Shown here in pieces: positions 59,360 through 64,000 of a stretch of DNA of 64,000 nucleotides (the first letter of the stretch is position 1; every line of letters begins with the position of its first letter). The notes under the pieces were generated by a model that worked only from the letters and a program-made list of their open reading frames with translations, was not told where the DNA came from and searched no databases. This DNA comes from Azolla caroliniana (lineage: Eukaryota; Plantae; Polypodiophyta), in assembly GCA_043228905.1 (NCBI GenBank), contig JBHGNT010000008.1:12214001-12278000 (forward strand), read 5' to 3'. A program made the position numbers and the translations under genes.

Positions 59360-62300
59360 AATGCCGAAATTGATTGATGCTATAAATCATACCGAGGGCC
59401 TCCCGCTCGGTGGAGTAATTCTTTTCCGCGGTCGAGAGCCGTCGGCTGGCGTAATACATGGGCCTATACCAATTCGGGGGTGTGTATCGCATTAGGGCAC
59501 TTCCGATGGCGATGTCCGAAGCATCTACGAAGACATGAAACGGTTCGAACCAAACCGGGGACTGGACCACCGGGGCATGTGACATCATTTGTTTCAGGGT
59601 CTGATAGGCCGTGTCCTCGATTGACGTCCATTGGAAAGGAAGGCGATGGACTGCCGCGTGTAAAGGTGTCGCGAAATTGGCCAGGTGTCGTATCATTCGG
59701 CTGTGCCACCGAATCTGTCCCAAAAATCGGCTTAGTGCCTTAGCGTTCGAGGGTGCGGAGGCATTCAGGATTGCCTTTACTTTATCCGGGTCCATAGCGA
59801 TGCCTTCTTGACTGACAATGTGGCCGAGAAGGTTGCCGCTGGTGACTAAGAACGCGCATTTCGCCGGGTTTAAACTCAATCGAGCTTGGCGACATCGGTC
59901 CAGGCAGAGTCGTAACTGGGTCATGTGTTCCCATCGATGGCCATACACGGTGAAATCGTCGAGAAAGACTTGCATGAACGCCGGAATGTAGTCATGAAAG
60001 ATTTCGGTGATGATGCGCTGGAACGTAGCCGGCGCCGTTTTTAGACCGAACATCATAACTTCTGCTACAAACACACCCCATTCCGTGACAAAAGCGGTTT
60101 TCTCCTGATCCTCCGGGTGCATTCGTATCTGGTTATAGCCGCTGAACCCGTTGAGGAAACTGTAGCATTCGTGGCCGGCTACCGTGTCGAGGACGCTATC
60201 CGTGAATGGGAGAGGGAAACCGTTGGTGACTGTTGCCGCGTTAAGCTTCTGATAGTCGACGCAGACACAGATTTTTCCGTTCTTCTTTGGGACCACTATG
60301 ATCGGGCTCAACCATGTAGCCCGTTTAACAGGGAGAATGAAGCCCATCAATTTCCTCTTTGACTTTAGCGGCGTAGTTGGGGTTCATCCTGTACCACCTC
60401 TACTGAACCGGCCGAGTGTCGGGTAAAATGTGAATTTGATGTTGGTAGTATTGAGGATCCAGCCCCTTCATATCGGTGTAAGACCAAGCGAAAACATCCT
60501 GGTAGTCGGTGAGTAATTTTACGAGGCATGCCCGTTCTCCGGTTGGTAGATTATTGGCAATTTGTAACGTACGGGGATTCTCGTCCGAACCAAGGTTTAT
60601 TGTTTCCAGGGTTGATGCTTTCACTCATTGTGAAATGGCGAGTTCATGTTTGAAAGCCTCCCGAGCATGACGTAGCTCGGCAACTGTGGTTGCATCTGGT
60701 TCCTCCTAGGGTGGTGACTCCTCCGTGACTTCCTCGTCTTTAGATGGCTCGATGGTTGGTAAGGTATTGATTTCGAAGAGAGGGATGATCGTGGGATGAT
60801 CATCTAGGAAGTCATCGACCTCCTCATCGGCCAACCCATCGAGCATATGGACCCCTTCCGCGTATAATGGCGAAGTGTTGAGGGCGACGGGGACTCGTTC
60901 TTCAGTGATGATTCGGACTTTTGTCTTTCCTCTTCGGAATGAGATCATGTTGCGTTGCCAATGTTGCTTGATATTCGCTGTACGAAACCATGGTCGACCT
61001 AGTAACATTGGGTAGGCGCCTTGTGTCTCCAATCGTAGCACGACGGCCGAGATCGTGAACATGTGTCCTCCGAGTGTGAAGTCGAGATGGCGGATTAAAC
61101 CAATGGGGCGAACGGAGCGGTTGTCGGCCATCCGAAGACAAAAGGGGCATGGTTCCCATTGATTCAGGCCGAGGTTGAGACATGTTAACTCGCTAATAAC
61201 GTTTACACCGGATCCTCCGTCGATGATGCATCTGTGCAGGTCTTGTCCCTTAATGATGATTCGTATGGCTGGGTTCTGAGAATCCATGAGTGGTGGACCG
61301 GTTCCTGCTTCGGTGAGGTGTACCGGTGGCGTCACGGCCTTAGTATTGGCCTGGAGTGCCGCCAGGGTGTCCCAAAATCTCGGCATGAGTGGTAGCAGTT
61401 TATGTAGGGGCAGCGAGATGCGGGAGTTGGTAAGAACATCCCATAGCTGGTCGTCCTCCTCTGACGTGGATGGTGCCGAGGTTTGTGGTACTTCACTGGG
61501 CCCGTCCCTCATGTTAGTTTGCATGCGTGCGGCATTATTTTTATTGGCCGTGTCGACCCATTCTTTTGCTGCCTGACGTACGTCATCCTGGATTTGCCAC
61601 TGAGTAGTCTGCGCTTTACTCCGGGTAGTGACCGTTTGAACATCGGCCATGATACTGTTCACCGCGGGTGCCTTGCCACGGTTGGTTGTTGGACATTGCG
61701 TGGTGTAGTGGCCTGGTTGATTACATTTAAAACATGTCACGTTGGCCGAGCTGCTGGTGTCCGCTCGGTCTGTGTGTGGAAGCTGTTGTTGTTGATTCTC
61801 GGTCTCGTTTGGTGGTGGGTTGTTCCGAGGTGCGTTGGAGTTGCGCTGGTCATTTTGAGGAGCGTCCCGTCGGCGGTTGTGATTAGGTCTTCTATTGTTG
61901 CGTGTGTTGCAGTTGCCGTTTCGCCGATCAATGCGTGAGTTCCTTCGGTCAAACCGATCATCGCGATTGTCATCGTATGGAGCATAATCGTCGTGCCGGT
62001 CATCGCGATAATAATCACGACGGTTATCACGTCGGTAGTCGTCGTCTTGACACCATCGATCCGGGGTTCGCGGTTGGTTGTTATCTTGGTCTCGGTAGAT
62101 ATATCGCTCGTCCTGCCGAGAGTATGTATTTCGTGGCTCGATCTGGCGGACCGGTGCCGCCGTTGTGCGGTTCAGCATATTATATTCGCACTGCTCGACC
62201 GTGTGAGCTCGAGACTGACAGATCGGACACTGTGGTCGGTGGGGACATTCGAGGGCCAGGTGCCCTGATCCTGAATACGTAGTGCATTGGAGGGCTTGGC

Positions 62301-63120
62301 GAAAGCGATTTTCCTCTTGGGGAAGAGCGTTTTGCAAGGATGTCATCGAGAAGGCCGTGCCATGCTGGTTCCGATCGAGGGCGAGAACGCGCACTATGAC
62401 TTGTTCGATAGTATGGTTGGCGAAATTTGTAAGTGCGAGAGTCATTCGTAGAGGCTCCCGTAAACTGGATAGGAAAGTGTTCGGTATATGTTGTGCCGAG
62501 ACATCATCGGCCACTTGTCTGTAGAGGTCCTGGAACCGGATCGTGAACTGCGCGACCGTTTCGTGCGGTTCCTGGCATATAGAGAAGAATTGCCGGAGCA
62601 GTTCCCGTTTAGGCACCTCGCAATGAAAAAGTTCAAGGAACTTTGTGCGCACGATTTGGAAAGTGGTGGCCTCTCCTATTTCGAGGCGAGAGTACCATCG
62701 TGTGGCCGGTCCATCGAGGGAGAGTGTGAACTCGGCAATCTTCGAGGCATCAATTTCGGCCGGCGTGAGGCGGTGCGTGGAGTGCTTAACCTACCACGTG
62801 GATATGAAGGCACGGACGTGTGACTCCGCGTCTGGTCCGTCGGTGTATTGTGGGTATGGGTACGACATGATGTCGTACTGTGGGTCTTCTGGTAGCACCG
62901 GAAAAGGGTTGAGTTCCGGTTGATTGACCTCCGGAGGGCTCGACGGGGGTTTTGGTGGTGAATCGACTCGCGATCGAGTGTCCGGTGGCGAGGATTGCAC
63001 TGGACAAGCCTCCGATTGATCGGGAAAGGGTTGGTTAGTGACCGCCGAGTCAGAAGTTCCTTCGACTGGCTCAAGGCGTCGGGCGGGTGGCCGAGACCTC
63101 GTGGTGCGAGAGGGCGCCGT
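59360..63120 (-). pseudogene. Gypsy H gag-protease-RT-RNase H N-term
   Basis: CFKCNQPGHYTTQC, IIDGGSGVN, LLGRPW, MMFGLKTAPATFQ, FLDDF, VDASD. Start codon ACG where G has ATG. Confidence 0.93.
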
Positions 63121-63173
63121 AACGGCGACTGGTGGTTACCTTCAACGAAGTTCGCTGTGCACTCATAGCTGTA

Positions 63174-63186
63174 ACCGGGCGTGCCA
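63174..63186 (-). promoter_or_regulatory. Gypsy H primer-binding site TGGCACGCCCGGT (tRNA-Arg type)
   Basis: 5 nt downstream of the 5' LTR; the same arrangement occurs in G at 63780-63792. tRNA identity from recall. Confidence 0.8.
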
Positions 63187-63191
63187 AATTG

Positions 63192-63646
63192 TGTTACCTG
63201 TTCCTTTGGGTGAACACCTTCGATAGATCTGCGACTATCGGTCTTCAAGGGCGTGGTACGTGAAGGCTCGTAACAGAGACTTCGAGAGAGAGACAGGGTT
63301 CAGAGAGAAAACACTAGCGGGGTCTTGATAGACGTGGCGGCGTTGAACTCATAGGTAGGGATCAAAGCACAGACTCATGGAGCAAAATAGGCACAAATAA
63401 GATATATTACTATGACAGCAAAGATTACAGAACACGGCCTATGGCCGGTGACCTTACAAGTTTATCTAGTTAGGATGGCCTAAGCTAGTGCTTTCGCCTA
63501 TAGTTTTCTTCTCCCCCTCTCTGAGGTACTGGTCCTCATTTAAATAACTTTCCCCCTAATACACAACCGAGCCGTCGGTGGCCCGTGATACTCGGACTCG
63601 GCGTTTGCTAATTTCCTAATTTTACATTTCTGTCCTCTGGACAACA
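63192..63646 (-). repeat. Gypsy H 5' LTR
   Basis: Adjacent to PBS and gag start. Confidence 0.96.
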
Positions 63647-63774
63647 GTAGCCAGTGTACGCTCCCCGTTCCCCTAATGTCTTTTCGGGGTAGAAGAAACC
63701 TTCACGTAACACGACCCCTTGATACCGATAGCCCTTGGGCTCATCGAAGGTGTTTCCTCCAGAAACGGTTAACA

Positions 63775-64000
63775 CAATTTGGCATGCCCGGTTACAGTTG
63801 CAAGGTCACAGTGAACTACGTAGGAGGCAAACGTCAGCCGCCATTATGGCGCCCAATCGCATCACGCGGTCTCAGCCACCTGCCCGACGCCTTGAGCCAC
63901 TCGAAGGAACTTCTGACTCGGTGGTCACTGACCGATATTTCCAGGAACTATCGGAGGCCCACCGATACCCAATTGCGAGATTTTGATTCCGCACCGATCT
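63775..64000 (+). mobile_element. Gypsy G PBS and gag start (continues beyond the window)
   Basis: CAATT-TGGCATGCCCGGT. ATG at 63846, MAPNRITRSQPPARRLEPLEGTSDS, homologous to H 63120-63040. Confidence 0.85.

Larger units (their letters stand above)
46829..63646 (-). mobile_element. Ty3/Gypsy non-chromovirus LTR retrotransposon H with an extra 3' ORF
   Basis: 455-bp LTRs 46829-47283 and 63192-63646 (about 16 mismatches by eye). TSD GTAGC. Order gag-PR-RT-RH-INT-eORF. No chromodomain. Confidence 0.96.
42491..63774 (+). repeat. Gypsy G 5' LTR split into three pieces (42491-42696, 46656-46828, 63652-63774)
   Basis: Start TGTTGTCCATAGGCCAGAAATGTAA and end CCTTCACGTA...GGTTAACA are homologous to the H LTR. 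Pieces rejoin at TSDs AGCAG and GTAGC, giving ~500 bp. Confidence 0.8.

Noticed and set aside
42048-63774. Taking 42048 as the start of the Gypsy G LTR because TGTTAGCCG pairs with CGGTTAACA
   Set aside because: Homology to the H LTR start places G's start at 42491; 42048-42490 is better treated as a separate LTR.

Overview
Eukaryotic land-plant nuclear DNA, probably a seed-free plant such as a fern (inferred from TE style and intron sizes, not proven). It holds one intact host gene, a 10-exon plastid-targeted carbamoyl-phosphate synthase small subunit (carA, minus strand, 31071-24964, 434 aa), between two deep nests of transposable elements that can be peeled apart using target-site duplications (TSDs). 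Left nest: an old chromovirus Gypsy, containing Copia A, containing Copia B, containing a three-LTR Copia C, plus two solo LTRs. Right side: a LINE 3' end, a young full-length Copia D, and a second nest (Copia E > LTR I > Gypsy G LTR > Copia F and Gypsy H > a TIR DNA transposon). Two objects stand out. (1) A 6.75-kb DNA transposon (25-bp GGG...CCC TIRs, 4-bp TSD, Sola2-like ends) with no visible transposase core; it carries a spliced RING-finger gene, an FCP1/NIF pseudo-phosphatase and three internal satellites. (2) Gypsy H has no polypurine tract; a tRNA-3'-end-like copy (inverted PBS) sits where the PPT should be, and it also has a ~1030-codon extra ORF. All coordinates and identities were read by eye; no searches were run.
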